The position numbers and the translations under genes are program-made. A stretch of DNA of 64,000 bases from Marsupella aquatica (lineage: Eukaryota; Plantae; Marchantiophyta), in NCBI GenBank assembly GCA_973895155.1, contig OZ316896.1:16533752-16597751 (forward strand). The letters run 5' to 3'. The notes beneath the pieces are model-generated. The model was not told where the DNA came from and searched no databases. It saw only the letters and a program-made list of their open reading frames with translations. Numbering within the stretch: position 1 is the first letter of the stretch; every line of letters begins with the position of its first letter. Below are positions 12,526 through 26,132 of the stretch, one piece after another.

Positions 12526-13909
12526 TCTACAAATTGAGTCAATGTTGTTTTGGGGGGATATTGTATGCTCGGGACCCTCTCTTTTCCTTGGTTTTTTACA
12601 TTTCTGTACGAGGGAGGTGGATGGTAGTGTCCACCCAAGGCATGTGTGCGGGTCTCCATGTTGCAGAGGGTGCCCTTTTTTGGTCTATGTCTAGTTTTCC
12701 CTCTTTTCCCCCTCTCTCCTCCTCTCCCTCCCTGCCTGAGGGAGGAGGGGGGAGAAGGGGCTCGTGAGGGTGTGGGGGAGGGCATCGCAAAATCGGGCAA
12801 GGCAGGTGGAGAGTCGTGCTAGGTTGGGTGTTGTGAAGGGGCAGATAAGGGGGGTTTCAGGGGCAGATGTACCAGTGAGGGAAAACAGGCAGCTTATTAA
12901 GCCACCCTGATTGTTTCCGCCCATAATGCATTAATTTGGCAAATGAACTTGGAGGAGAATGAACCAAACTGCATATTATATAGTGTGCAAATAAGAAGGT
13001 ACAATGGTACACCTGTACATCCTGGTACCTTAGTCTGGTACATGGGATGCATGGGAATGTGGGAGGTTTATGGAATGGGGAGGAGGGGGGAATTTTTTAA
13101 TTTTTTTTCAGTCAAGTTCTTTTTGGGTGATTTCATAACTGTTTTCTTGTTTTCTTGTTTTCTTTTCCAGAAGTGTTGGAGGGAAGGGTAGGGTAGAATG
13201 AGGATTAATATTTTTCTGCCCAATGCCTTTGCAGATGTGCCCTCATATCTAATTTAGACTCGCTTTGGTTCTTACTCCAACTCTTGCTGTAGCTCTTTCC
13301 CACGTTTTGCCTCAACTCTTGTTACCCAGTAATGCCTTTTATCCCCTGCTTTCCACTTGCAGTCATTTGCCTCATTTGACAACATTTCCACAAGGATAGC
13401 ACATTTCATAAGGACTCACTTTACACAACTATGATTGTGCAATGGACAGATATTGGGTCAATTAAATATATTACAATCTTGCTATGGAGTCTACACATTT
13501 CTCACAAAGGATTAGTACTGAAAGATATTTCCCAAAGACTAAAGACAGGACCATCGTAATTGAGCATCACAAAGGCACACACAAGGTGACTTAGACTGAG
13601 CTTTTGGTATTTCCCCTCTGGTAAATGGTGGTAAACCCAATAAACATAATTGGTAAACAATCTTGCCCGGGGGATCAGCTGGCCTGTAAAGGGCTGAGAA
13701 CTATATATTGGAGACTATAGGCAAAAACAACAGGCATGAAAGGTGTGTTCAAATTGTATAAAAGCCCTAACCCCTGTTCATATGCACAAAACAGGCTCCC
13801 TTTAGCAGACTCCCCATGCCCATGCATTTGCAAGCATAGTCTAAATATGATATTCTATCTTACTAATAGAGTGCAATGCAAAGTTACTTTCCTGGGCTAT
13901 TGTCTACAG

Positions 13910-14250
13910 TGAACCCTCTAGACCATAAGTCTCCATAACAACAAAACTGAAAATGAGGACAACTACAAACATGATGGGGACAAAGATGAACAAAAAATAG
14001 CAGAGTTAGTTTTTTGCATGTTTTTCCGTTGTCTTCATCTCTATTTTTGTTCAAGGAATAGGTAATCAGGCTAGTAAGTACATAATTGCAATCAAAAGCT
14101 ACTGGGGCCGTTGCCTCTAGACCTGACTCTAAAGTGAGAACTGAAAGTGCAGAACAAAAACAGGGGCGGGGACAATGATGAATGGGAAATAATAATGAGT
14201 TTTTGATTACAAAGTATATTTTGTCTCATTTCTACTCACATTCAAGGAAA
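13910..14250 (+). repeat. Degenerate ~190-bp tandem unit, also present at ~47590-47750 (dispersed repeat)
   Basis: Shared blocks ctagacc..actct, aaaactgaaa(g/a)tg, aaaacagg..ggggacaa(a/t)gatg, atctctattt..tcaa..caggctagt in two local copies and the distal copy. Confidence 0.55.
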
Positions 14251-14559
14251 GAGCAGCGGGTAATATATATTTATCATACCAGCAGCTACACTCAAGGGAA
14301 TAGGTCATGAATGGTAGACTTTGATTGCAAATTTCTGAAATTGTTCCGACACTTTGGCTACGAGTTTTTGAGATCATACTTCATATGGGAAAAATGGGCA
14401 AAATCTAACAATGTGGATTAATAAGTATTTAGTTACCCTCATGATGAATTGGTAAATAAATTGGTAAAATAATCTCACCCAACCCAAGCAGGGGCCAGTT
14501 TGGGCACTACAGTAGAGTTTAGTTCCAGTGGCAAAAAAATTGGCACATTCCACCTCACG

Positions 14560-14720
14560 GAAAAATCCTGGCCACTTTGGTGAAATTAGCTTTTTGATTA
14601 TCCAATTTCCCACTAGCCAGAGACCCCATGAGGTGATCCTTAAATCTAGGGAGGTCTAGAGGTGTATCTAGGCAAATTACAGAAAAAAATATTCTTGGCA
14701 TCTTCTCTTCCGCACAAGGC
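14560..14720 (+). mobile_element. Dispersed non-autonomous element segment, homologous to ~39060-39235
   Basis: Both copies carry cccac(c)tagccag..gaccccat..gaggt(g/c)atccttaaatctagggag(g/a)tct..aatatt. Confidence 0.6.
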
Positions 14721-15800
14721 AAGGTGGCATTCGCCATCTCGGTAAAAAAGAAAATACCTCATAAATGACCCTGCCCGGCCAGGCACGCGTCTTCTTCCTC
14801 CTGGCGGGCAGAAGACAACTGGGGTGGGGCCGTGGGCCACAGAAGGCCAGCAGGGGGCCGGCCCAAAAGCCTTTCGCCAAAAGCCTCTCCGGTCAGCCCG
14901 TGTTTCCTTCCATTCGAATACGGAGCCCAGAGAAGGATGTCTTTATCTGCTCCGTATCCGTACGCGAGAGTAGACCCATCAGTACGGCGCCCGGCAATGA
15001 AAAGGACTGATAGAGAGAGGGGGACCCCGCCGATGTGGGCCCCTCCACGCGTCAGCACACTCAGCACCTGACCGACCGCGCGCGGACGGATTGGACCCAG
15101 GAAGTTGATCCCTGTTGGCGGCAACGGGGACGACAATTTCTACGCGGGAAAGGAATGTCTTCATTCGCTGGCAACAAAGCACCAAAACAACAACAGCAAC
15201 GATAACGGGGTTCCATGGCAGACAGAGAGGCCCCACATTCTTTTAGTTTTGCAGGTTTAGCCGGGGCAAAGGGAGGGAACAATTATACTCTTTCTGGTTT
15301 TTCCTTTTTGGCCAAGGGGGCCAATGTCACCTTGTATAAAGGGAAGATGCTAAGATTATCCTTCAACTAGTTTTTGTGGATTGAATTCTACAGTTGGATC
15401 TCTATGGTCTGTGAAAGTGCAGTCATTGCTTTCCTTTTCGGAAAATGAAGGGAGCCCCACCTGAGTACCCCGGGCGCGCAATGGCCCAACAAGTTGAGCA
15501 CAGGATGGCCCCGTTTTTTTTCATTTCCTCAAAATGAAGTTTTCAAATATGGAGAAACAAAGGATACGAAGTCTAGCCATGTTTTTGACAACCAAGAGCG
15601 AAACTTGGCTTGTAATTAGAAGTAGTGGCCCCTCAAGTTGTTCTCTTCACGCAAATAAAAGAAGACGTCTTGTACAGGTTTGTTTAGAGATAACCTTGGG
15701 GCTAAATAAGACTGCATTGGATTACTAGGAGAAAAGAGTTGTATCCTATTTTTGACACTGCTATTTGGTGAATTCAATTTTCATGTTTTATCTTCTTCAA

Positions 15801-16142
15801 TGTTAGGTATTTACTCAAGGTCTAGGGTTATAACATGTAATCATAGTTAGGCTAACTGTAGTCGGAGATGTGGTTAGGTTGACTAGGATGCACACTATAT
15901 GCCAAACGGTGTTCTTGGATAAGTGCAACTTAGGTTCATTGTTACGGAGCTAGTTGAGAGATAGGGAGAGTTTGTGATGTGGAAGTTTGGTATGACCGGT
16001 TAGCCCAGAGTGCAATAAAAATCTTGTGTGTTCCTGTGGATGTAGCATCATGTGAAGATGAACCACATATCTCTTTGTGTCGACTACTTGCTCGTTGGAT
16101 GTATCATGTGCTTACCATTGCAATTGTCGTCTATGCTCAACA
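15801..16142 (+). mobile_element. Solo LTR (copia-like), 342 bp, with intact 5-bp TSD
   Basis: Starts TGTT and ends AACA; flanked by TTCAA (15796-15800) and TTCAA (16143-16147); internal AATAAA and the copia-LTR-like motif cctgtggatgtag...gaaccacat. Confidence 0.85.
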
Positions 16143-17016
16143 TTCAAATTTTGTGTTCAATATATTGATTTTAATTGGCCTTAACAAGGTGAATCATTAT
16201 ATTAATTGGATTTTTAATTATCTTTTGAACCCCTTTACATTTGAGTTCGCTTAGAGTATTTTGAATTTATTTTGGTTCCCCTCATAAATGTTCAATCTTT
16301 ACTTTTCAATTGCTCCTTAGTGAATTCTATCTTTTCTCATGAGAGTGAGAGAAATGATTTTGAACAACATGCACATCTGCATGTACTAAGTTCCCCTCAT
16401 GGTTTCCTTTACAAAATTTATGGTTTTAATTGAGTTTACTAACATTACTTAGAAGCAAGTGAAAACATGTATCTTATGTGCAAAACTCTTGTGCGCAACC
16501 CTTCGGTCAGGTACTTTCAAGGTCATTATTTGCTTTTCCTTGCATGTGTACTTATAGTTTTGTGTATTATTCATTCACTCTTAATTAACATATACTTTGC
16601 ATATATTCTCTTCTTTTATCATAAATAAATTCTATGAATTCCATATCACTACAAGACAAAAACAAGTAGGCATGTTCCAGGATGAACATGCTATACTATA
16701 TGCTATATCCATGAGGAATATTAAAAATCTAGTACATTTTTCGATGTACCTAATTTGGCCCTTTGTTTTAACATTGTATTTACATATTCCTTTCCAAATT
16801 ATTTACACCCAACTTGCCAAAAGCAAAGTCGTGTAGCAGGTTTGGCATTTTACCATTTGACCATGATCATGAAGTTTAAGGTCACTGCAGTCACATATAT
16901 GTAAGGAAATTTTCCCTAAAAGGACCCCACAAGGAGCAATCATGTCAATCACAGGAACCTGTTACTATGAATGTGAGCTCCCCCCACAAAATGTCACCCT
17001 CATAGGATTAATGAAT

Positions 17017-17457
17017 TCAGTTTTTATTCACCTGTCTCCCAAAGTACCCAATAATATTAACTTGCCTCCAAAACAAAATTAATTATCCACTGGCCTCGAT
17101 TTTCACATTCCAGTTAGTATTAGCTTGTACACCGGTTACCATTGCCATGTAGAAAATTGGTACTAGCTAGCCTCAACTTACCACGGCCCCCCTTCCCCAT
17201 GGTAGGGCACAGTCGTAGGTCTGGGAGGGGTGAAAACTCATCCTTTTTTGCTCCACTCCCCTCACAAAAACCAACACTTTTGGCCCTAATTTTTACTCAG
17301 GGAACCACAGCGGGGAAGGGAATGGGGGCAACGGGATGCTAACCCAAATACAAATTGGGGGGGGGGGGGGGGGTGGCTGCGTTGATAACTAATTTTGTTT
17401 GGAGGACAGTTTAATAATGTTGGGTAGTTTGGGGGACAGGTTTTAATAAAAAGCTGT
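17017..17457. mobile_element. MITE / foldback element with ~75-bp imperfect terminal inverted repeats
   Basis: 17017-17090 (..tttttattcacctgtctcccaaagtacccaataatattaacttgcctccaaaacaaaattaattatcca) is the imperfect reverse complement of 17381-17457 (gttgataactaattttgtttggaggacagtttaataatgttgggtagtttgggggacaggttttaataaaaagctg). Confidence 0.8.
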
Positions 17458-20400
17458 TGATTAATTTTCTTCACGCTCAAAACACAAAAGTTTATTGAAG
17501 TCATCCAAGTATATAGTTTCATTTATTTATCTGTGAGACTGTAAGGCCTAGCCCCAGCCGCACAAGGATACATGAGAGAAAACAATTCTCTGCAGCCATC
17601 CATCATGCCACAAAATAAGTTGTGGGAGAAAAGATATAGTACGTCTACACTACAATGTGTTTTGGGAGCATGAAGGCAAAAAATGGTTTGCTCTCACTCT
17701 GTTTCTTATCTCCGTTGTAAAACACCCGTGGTGGACTTCATGTTCCAAGGCGAACCCAGGTTCTTGCTGACAGGTTTGCATAGCCATGTGTTGGGAGAAC
17801 ATAGAGGTTGAACCAATGGCTATGGTCCAACATGAGTGGATGTATCCTGAGAATTCAACAGACCATTCCCACTATGCACCCCAAGGCAAACCAACCCTAC
17901 TTACCCTCCAAACCCTGCTTGTTTCCTTGCTGTTCCAGTTGAATTATCTGTTAAAGAGATTTTCATTTATCATCTATTTAGTTAGTCAGTAGTTAAAGGT
18001 GACGGTATACCTAATGTATTCCAAAAAACCTGCAGCAAAAACTAGCTGGGCACAGAGAGCACACAACACACCAGAACAACAGACACCAGCAGACACCACA
18101 ACGCCCCAAGTGCCCAAGAAAACAGGACCCAGATCACCGCGTCGGGCCCGGAATGGTTCAAGAGATCATTGAAACATATGTAAGTAAAAGCCCCTTGATT
18201 ATTCTGGGGAATGTTTTTTGGATGGTACTAAATTTTTCACCAGCATATTGCATCTTGCCTTGTGCAGTAGAAGTACTACTGTAAGATCTCTGTCCCACCT
18301 CCATAATGTAAGATTGTGCAATATCCAATTTTGATGATGACCAGACATGTACCATGTATCACATTCAATTTGAATGATGAGTGACAGTGGATGATAGAAG
18401 TAACACTCATTACATCTAAGTCTAAACAATATAATCTACAATTTCATTTTCTTTTTTCGCGGTCTGTTTACAAAATATCATCATGGTGTGAAGTTTCCCA
18501 TTTACTAACCTAAAGGTGCAATTGGGCACCTTTTCTATGCCCAACCCCTGACTCTTCCCGCAACTCACGCACTCCTTGATATGCAATTGCTAGATGGATT
18601 GCTTGTCCATCTCACCTACCTCCACAACACTTGCTATGACGAATGTTGCACAACACGTTAGCCCACTGGGCTGATGTAACATAATTATGCCTAGCTCTTT
18701 AGCCAAACATTGACTCTGGTTAGTGAAGTATTAACCAAACCTCCTACTGGAATTCACAAACACATGCTACAGGTCAAGCAGTGCCTTTGAAATTAAAAGC
18801 TATAATGTGGCTGTTTATGTAAATTGGTACATTTCAAAGCCTTTGGACATTGAATTAGGAAAAGACCCTACACGCTTTACCTTACACATAGACCATATCA
18901 GGGTGTGAGAGCACTCTCCCACCAGAGCATGGTAAATCCCAATCAAGGTTCAAGTTCAAGTTTATTGTAAGGCTCAATGCAAAAGGACAGAGATTCAACT
19001 CGATTCAGGTGAAAATACAAAATGTCTCCGTCCTCGTCTCCTATGAGGCTATGATCGGTGGGCCAGGTTTTCGAAAGAAGAGAACTGAGCCTCTATTGGT
19101 GTCCTTTTCTGGGCACGAAAGACGACAGAAACTCCCACAGTCTCAATTCCCAATTCCCAATCTCACAACGAGAGTCGTCTGTCAATGTCCTTTGCTCCCA
19201 TCGCCATTTCCAGTGCAAAATTAGATTTGTAGGGCAAAGTACGGTACAACGTTTATTTCAACGAGCGAAGCCCGTACCCCCATTGTCCAACGCTTTGCAC
19301 CGAATTCCAAGATCACAAGAACTATTTTGTTCAGTACAACAAACTGCAACAAACTGCTGCAGAGTTCTAGAGTCTTCGTCTCCTGAGGAACCCTGAGTAC
19401 CTGACTCCCAAACTACACGCACTTCGGTGTTCGTTCGTTTTTCGATGTTCCCAAACAAATCCTGCTTCCTTCTCGCCGGGCATGGCATGGCATGCAACAG
19501 CATGGGTCAATGCTCCATGTTAGGTATGCATCCATACACGTCTGCCATGCGCTCCGGGTCTTCCAGGATGACAGGTGAAACTGTCATTCTTGTACCGTAT
19601 CTGACACCCACTTCGTGTATGACAGTCATCCCTTTGACCTGGGTACTGTAAGGGGCCCTCTTTATGAGACGCTGCAAGAGGAGGAGTGGACTCCACCAGA
19701 CATCAGAAGACCAGCAGCAGTAGCAGCAGCAGCACTGCTCCTTCATTCATCAGCCCACATGCAAAAGCGTTCCCTGCAGTGACAGTTGTGACATAGCCAA
19801 GACCCAAGAGTCCAAGACTCCAAGTTACTCTCCAGGAGCCTGTACTGCAATCACCGCCAGAAAGAATGCAGTCAGCTCTAGATAAGTGCACAAACCAGAA
19901 GTGCAAAACCTGGATAATTGCAAGGGGTCTCATTCTACCCTTTTGTTGACCACTTTTGCTTTCAGCTGTACTGCTATCCTCTCCCAAATAATTTGGTACC
20001 CTGTCCCCCAAAAAAAATTAGTTTACCAACTTGCCCCCCATTTTGTATATGGGTTAGGGTTAACCCAAGACCTGGTTGCTGATGCCACATGGTGAGTTGT
20101 CACTGGTTTGGGCTAACCAGTGGCTCTCCCCCTACTATCTCCTCCTTGCCCCGTTGATGGAAATTATTTCCCAAGCACTTCGATGGGGTGGGGAGGAGAT
20201 GGGAGGGGGAGAGCTGCTGTCACAGCCATATATGGTCTAATTTGGTGCCCAAAAGTTTGGGGGCCAGGTTATTTTCAATGTGACCAAGAGGGTTTTGTCA
20301 GTCCATCTGCGCATCATGTCTCTTTGTGTCCATCCAAACTTTACCTTACTGTACGTTTTAGAAAAAATATGTAATTCAAAAAAAAATTCAAGGCTGCAGC

Positions 20401-20649
20401 GATTTCTATTTGACTACATATTTTGGTCAATGGTGTTGATGACGCTATGGCATGCCCTATCCCTATCTATCATAGATATATAGCAAGAAGTAATGACTAT
20501 GAGAGGCTTGCATGTTTGCAGATATTTATTCACCAGTACAAAGAACTGATATCTTTGCTTTAAAAGTTTCATTCATGATTTCTAAAACAATCATAGTTCT
20601 CTTAACCTTCTGAGCCTTCACGTCGGTCAAGCTATGGGAGAACAAAATA

Positions 20650-20760
20650 GTCACTTTGCCACACTAGTTTACTAAATTTAAGACCATTATTGAGTAAAAT
20701 ATGGTGACCTGGATCCACCAGGTTCTGAAAATGGACAGTGGTAGTTTAAGCCAGGGACTC
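20650..20760 (+). repeat. Dispersed repeat segment, homologous to ~38020-38130
   Basis: Both contain ttattga(g/c)ta...tggt..cctggatccaccag...tgg(t/c)agt(t/c)taag. Confidence 0.5.
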
Positions 20761-21089
20761 TATTCTACTTTTTCTTTGGTACTTTGTGCTTTCAATTGCC
20801 AGAAAGTTAATGCTAGGAAGGACCACCATGTTTGACTGAAATATTCAAATGGACCAAATATTTATCTTTGTTCTTTTCAAGACTCCAGCAGACCAGCAAT
20901 TTTGAATTAGAATCCAGAATTGGGAGGCCTTTTACAAAACAATTGCTATTTGGAAAATGACAAAATCTGAAAATGATCTATATAAGTTTTCCCATCTGCC
21001 CGAGCAACTTGTCCATACATAAAAATCCATGAGACTATGAGAGCTTTGGTTCGTGGTTAGTCATTATCTACCTACCTAATCATGATGAA

Positions 21090-21250
21090 AAGCCACTTTG
21101 CAGGGCCTCTCATGGTCTAGAGTGAAGCATCTGGACCATTCTCCTCGTGCATGAATGAAGTTGAGGATATGAGTGGAAGACAAGGACAATTGTGGAAATG
21201 GCACGAAGCCGATTCTTCGCCAATATTTGCATTCAAGGAATGGGCACTCA
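21090..21250 (+). mobile_element. Highly decayed copia integrase fragment
   Basis: One frame reads KTRTIVEMARS, resembling the copia integrase E-helix (ERKNRTIVEMARSML); surrounding frames are broken. Confidence 0.4.
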
Positions 21251-21299
21251 GGTTAGTTTAATGAAGAGTATGATGGATGTTTATATTGAAGAATATTAC

Positions 21300-21347
21300 T
21301 TGATGGACCCATGAAATGTTGAGCACGTTTGATTTAAGGTCCATCAA
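21300..21347. mobile_element. Short MITE-like family with TIR (T)TGATGGACC, copy 1
   Basis: ttgatggacc...ggtccatcaa; the same inverted termini occur at 44509-44632 and 57705-57818. Confidence 0.55.
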
Positions 21348-22899
21348 CGATCTGCATCACTCATCAAGTAACATTGCTCATTTTTTGGGATGATCAAATA
21401 TATGTATCTAGTTTAGTAAAAGAACACACTCGCTGGTGACGGTCACATGTTAGCATCTTTCGTCAGGTTTACGTTAATGACCTACATACCTAGGGTAGGC
21501 ACATCGTCACTCGATCTGAGTGGTCAACTAATTATTCACTAGCGCGAGCCTGGCTATGCCATGAGGGATGGGCTTACTCTTTGAGGCTACCATTTTTTAA
21601 TGCACGTGGGCGATTGTGTACACACTCACCCTGTACAGAAATTGCAAAGAAAATGCCTCAAAACAACTGAAAGGAGGCAGTACGTTTCTGCTGTAGCGTA
21701 GCAGCATTGAGCAATGATGTCAGCTCAGTACCAGGATGGTACTTGCCTCATCCTCCTCCCTCATCACTGCCTAGAACTCTAGAACTAGGCACATTAATCA
21801 GTTCGCAACTAGAGCAGTCATGAGCCCCAGAAATGGCTGTGTTGACTCGCCATCGAGGCGACGTCGTGATTTATGATGCAGTTTCTAATTATACGAACTG
21901 TCTCGAAAGAATTTTTTAGTGTCGAGTCAAATTATGGCCTCAGAGTCGATTCTTTAAGACCTTCGTTAAGGGGCCTGAGTCAATAATGAGAATGCCCATT
22001 AACGGTGACGATAACACTCATAGTGTTCAGATCGGAAGCATGTTCACTGCTCTCGATTCGGTACCACCTCCTGAATCCTCTTGAGCTTTGACTCGTGGTG
22101 CAGCAGACGAATAATGCCGTGCTGTACGTTGTGAGCTCCAATTGTTCGGACTCGGAGCTTGCTGATGAATCCTGACGACATTTCGTGCAGGGTTCTTTCG
22201 CGACCATTAATGCGGATGACATCGACGCTCCTCTTAAATCTCATCATTCTGTCAATCGCATCGCCCTTTCAAACGAACTGGGCTCGTGACAGCAGCGAAG
22301 CGCCCTGAATCTTGGCTTACAATTCTGACAATCGTCCAAGGATAAGCTCACAGCCAAGTTACTGATGATGAGTCTAATTTATTGAAAAGTAAGCGTTCCG
22401 CGTTTGCCGTCACGTAATCGGTGACGTGGACGCGACGGGACAAAACCGGGCCCGATGATTTATATTGGCTAAAATAAAAAGGGCAGCAGCACCGAACTAA
22501 TATCTCCGCTTTTTCATGCGCGGTAAAACGATGCTTTGCGCTTTTTCTTCGCTTTTTGGGAGGCCTTCACATTAACCCAGCCTAATTAAAGATACTATTC
22601 TAATCTATAAACTTAATGCCCTTCATGACTTAACTTGTATTTATAGAGAATAATGCATAGTCCAAATTTGGACGGGGCATTATGAATTTTTGATATCTAA
22701 TGTCTACTATTACTAAAAATAGTATTTAATTACAAGGGCACTGGGAACAATAATAACCCCTCATAATAACTAGGGCTAAGTCCTCAATTTTTTAGGCATA
22801 ATTGGGCATCTCAAACCCCAGTCGGTCTTACAGCGAAATAGCCCTTCCATAACCCAAGTGTTATGGGAGCTCATGTACAAGTTATAGGAGGATTTGGCT

Positions 22900-23110
22900 T
22901 CAGTATGGAAATGTTGTGGGCAGACTCTCTTAGACTTCATCATAACCAGGCATGGGTCATTTACCTTTTGGTGCAAGTATTTTCTTATGCCTTGGACAGT
23001 AGTGTTTCAATTCCAAAAGCAGAGTGTGGATTTGGAACCCACAACACTCTTATGTGTTCAAGCCTCAAGACCAAAGACATCAGCAACCTGTGAGCCATGG
23101 TGGTCGCAAA
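22900..23110 (+). mobile_element. hAT transposase C-terminal dimerisation-domain remnant
   Basis: Translation SSVSIPKAECGFGTHNTLMCSSLKTKDISNL*AMV resembles the hATC consensus (S.A..ERGFS..N....RS.L....L.ALM); premature stop present. Confidence 0.45.
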
Positions 23111-23389
23111 GAAGTATTGAATTGGCAATGCTCTTGGCCGGAATGTCAATGAGATTACTTGTTTGCACCATAGTATGCAACACTGAACACAAAGATCACT
23201 GACTATTTTATGTTTAAACATTAATGAGTTAGTAGTATTGAATTTTTAATCATTTTTGATAGGAATAAGAAAAACTAAGGATGTAGAAGAAGTACAGAAA
23301 CAAAGAAACAAAATGTATAGAAAATTTGCCCAAAGGAATGAAAATAGAATTACTACCTTCCCACTTTTTTGATTTGAGTGATTAGTGGC

Positions 23390-24531
23390 GCTGCTTTAAA
23401 CCAAACTAACCCAGGTTAGGTCTTTTTTAATCATGGCTTTAATCCCCTCCCTCTACCCCTCAAGAATGGTCCAGATTGGATTTTTAAACCCATATAAAAT
23501 TCTTCCCTCTATACATACAACTGTTGCTATACATACCTTCCCTATTCTACCACAATTACGCACTTGACTTGAGCAAAGAATAAAAAAAATTTGTGTTGGC
23601 CGAAAGCGCATTCCCTCCCTTCCCCATCTTCACTTTTCTAGGTGTTTGTCAACAAATTTTCTTTAGCAAAACATTGAATAACAGCTACTCTTGCAATTCA
23701 CGCGGATTGTCTTGGGGTGTCTTAGGTAGAGCAAAATGTGACAATGACAAATGAATTACAAATTTGGTGGGGGACCCCTGGCCCAAGATATGCCATGAAA
23801 GTTGTGTTATTAGTAAACCTACGCCTACACTCAAACTTCATTGATGAGTACTTTCAAGCTTCTTTTTCTCAAAAGCAAGTATGCCTTATCCAGTGTTAAG
23901 GAGGTTTCCTTTAGGGTTATGAAGAGAATATATTTTAAAATGTTGTGGATTGCTAAAGTTAAGATTTTTAAAGTTAATAATCAAACTAAAGTTCTCATTG
24001 TCCTTTTCTATTTAATTATCTTTTGTCATTTATTCAAGGTGTCCTCTATTTCATTTTTTACCATTCAGTTTATATAGAAATTATTTCTTCCTCCTTTTCA
24101 ACTGAAAACTTAACTTTTTTCCATGCTTTCAATCCAATCGCATTGAATTTTTTTCACTCTATGGCTCACAAGCACAATATTTAAAATCATGTTTTTCTGG
24201 GGGGAATTTAAGAATATTTGTACTAATTCAAATAGCACTCCTCTCACTCCCCTTACACACCCATACCCCCTCACTCCTTGTTTTAGCTAGAATTGGCAAA
24301 GGCTGTGTGGATAACGAGGGACATGATTATCATAGGTAAAGAGATAGGGAGTACACACAGGGCTTGGGAGTATACACATGGGTAGATTGAGGGGGCAGGG
24401 GGCTTGAAAGAATGGGGAGGGAGGGGACGTACATATGAAAGTAAGGATCTAGACCATTTGTGTGGGTAGGGGGGCGCAACTCTTGCAGCTGATTTAGCCA
24501 GTACAAACCCGGGTTTAGTCCAGGGTTAAAA
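23390..24531. mobile_element. Degenerate element with long imperfect TIRs (MULE/foldback-like)
   Basis: tttaaaccaaactaacccaggtt and ctacccctcaagaatggtccaga on the left match reverse complements of aaacccgggtttagtccagggttaaaa and tctagaccatttgtgtgggtagg on the right; AT-rich interior. Confidence 0.4.
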
Positions 24532-26132
24532 CAATGGCATCCTGATAAATTAAATGAAAATAGTGGAAGGTCATAAGTCTCAGCCAAAAATATCCTCAAC
24601 CACAAAAGTGGATAAGTGGAAGACAGAACGTAGGCTAAAACAACACATTATGTGAAACTTGCTCTGCATGATGAAAAGGTGAATTGTTTGATGTGGAAGA
24701 TTTAATTCTCATTCCCCTCTCACTGCTAAGAATTGAAAACGTTTCCTCAATCGATACTGTCCTCAATTGATCTGTTCCATAGAGTCAGGGACACTCATGA
24801 GGAGTCTGGGCTTGGGCTAGTTGACACTAATGGAGGGTTTGGTGAGAAATGATCATAGACAAGGATGAGGGTTACCTTTCCCAGTTGAGGCTTGGAAAGT
24901 CTGTTTATTAATGAGAGAAAATCTTAAGTGCAAGCCCTCTTCCAAGCAAACATGCTGGGGCTCTAAACTAAGTGGAAGAGCTGCCTCCCCCCCCCCCCTC
25001 CTCCCCAACCCCCCTAAGGAAGTTTACATGTAGCCTGTGTTTGACCATTTACTTCCACTCTTCTAGGGGTAATTCTAACCAGGATTAGGGCCCTACAAAT
25101 TTACTTTTTCCAGTAACCACCGGAACACAAAATGATTACCTCGACCATTATTAAGACCGCTCTTGGTGGTCCCCTTGGAATTGTTTTAGGAATAATATGA
25201 TTGAAAATACTGTTTTAAAGCATGATTTGGATTCGCACGACAGGGACAAGTGACCAAATCCTGTTTGACTTCTAAAATTGTTAAATGTCACCCTGTTCCA
25301 GTTGCGGCTGCTGACGAAGGGGAAGAGGTCAACTATGAAAATGACAAAGCAGCTGTTGTAAAATAACTTGCTGCACAAGGCCCTAAATATTCGGATCATA
25401 GGAGATCATATCTTCAAACCTGAGGATGCCCTTCATCTCGTTCCAAACCTGGAGTGAAAAAACCACTTGGCTTTGGTATTCGGAGGGTTTTTAACTGAAT
25501 TCAATTTTTTTTAATTTAGACAGATGGAAACTAAAGCTGAAAAGCAAATGATGCGCAACCATGGTGAGATCTTGGTCCATGCAAAACCATATTTGTTACG
25601 GAAAGGTAAGCTCTAAGGGCACGCCAGAGGTAGTGCATAAAGTTACAATTCAAGAAGCAAATAGTGACGGACCCCTATATCAGGGAAACATTATGTGTGA
25701 CGTTGCAATGAGAGCTTTAGCATGAGTTTAGAGGGGCTATTATGGCCCATTTGTAGGCATAACAGGGTGTTAATACACCTAAGAGAAGTTTCAAAATACC
25801 CCAATTCAAGTCTGGACTTAGCACCAAAATTACAAAGAGGAAAACTATGAAGGACACTATGTAGTGCCTCTGGCTTGCCCTTAGGGATTTTATCTACCAC
25901 GAGGACTATACCCTAGAGCCGTGAGACTAGCCAGGAAATGAGATAAAAAGCCACTGATATGAGCCCACCGCTCTATATTAAACCATCTGTTTAGGTGAGG
26001 TTAATTTCATTAGGGATTGCATGAAATCACATCAGCAGACAAAGACGGTACGGACAAGCACTGTCAAAAGTGTTTTTGTTGGAAGGCTTTATTAACCATC
26101 AAAAGGAGAGTTACGAATGCACACAATGTCAA

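Noticed and set aside
15440-15460. miR319/159-like string tgaagggagc
   Set aside because: Only a ~10-nt match and no complementary arm seen; no conserved plant miRNA or miR390/TAS3 site recognised by eye in the window.
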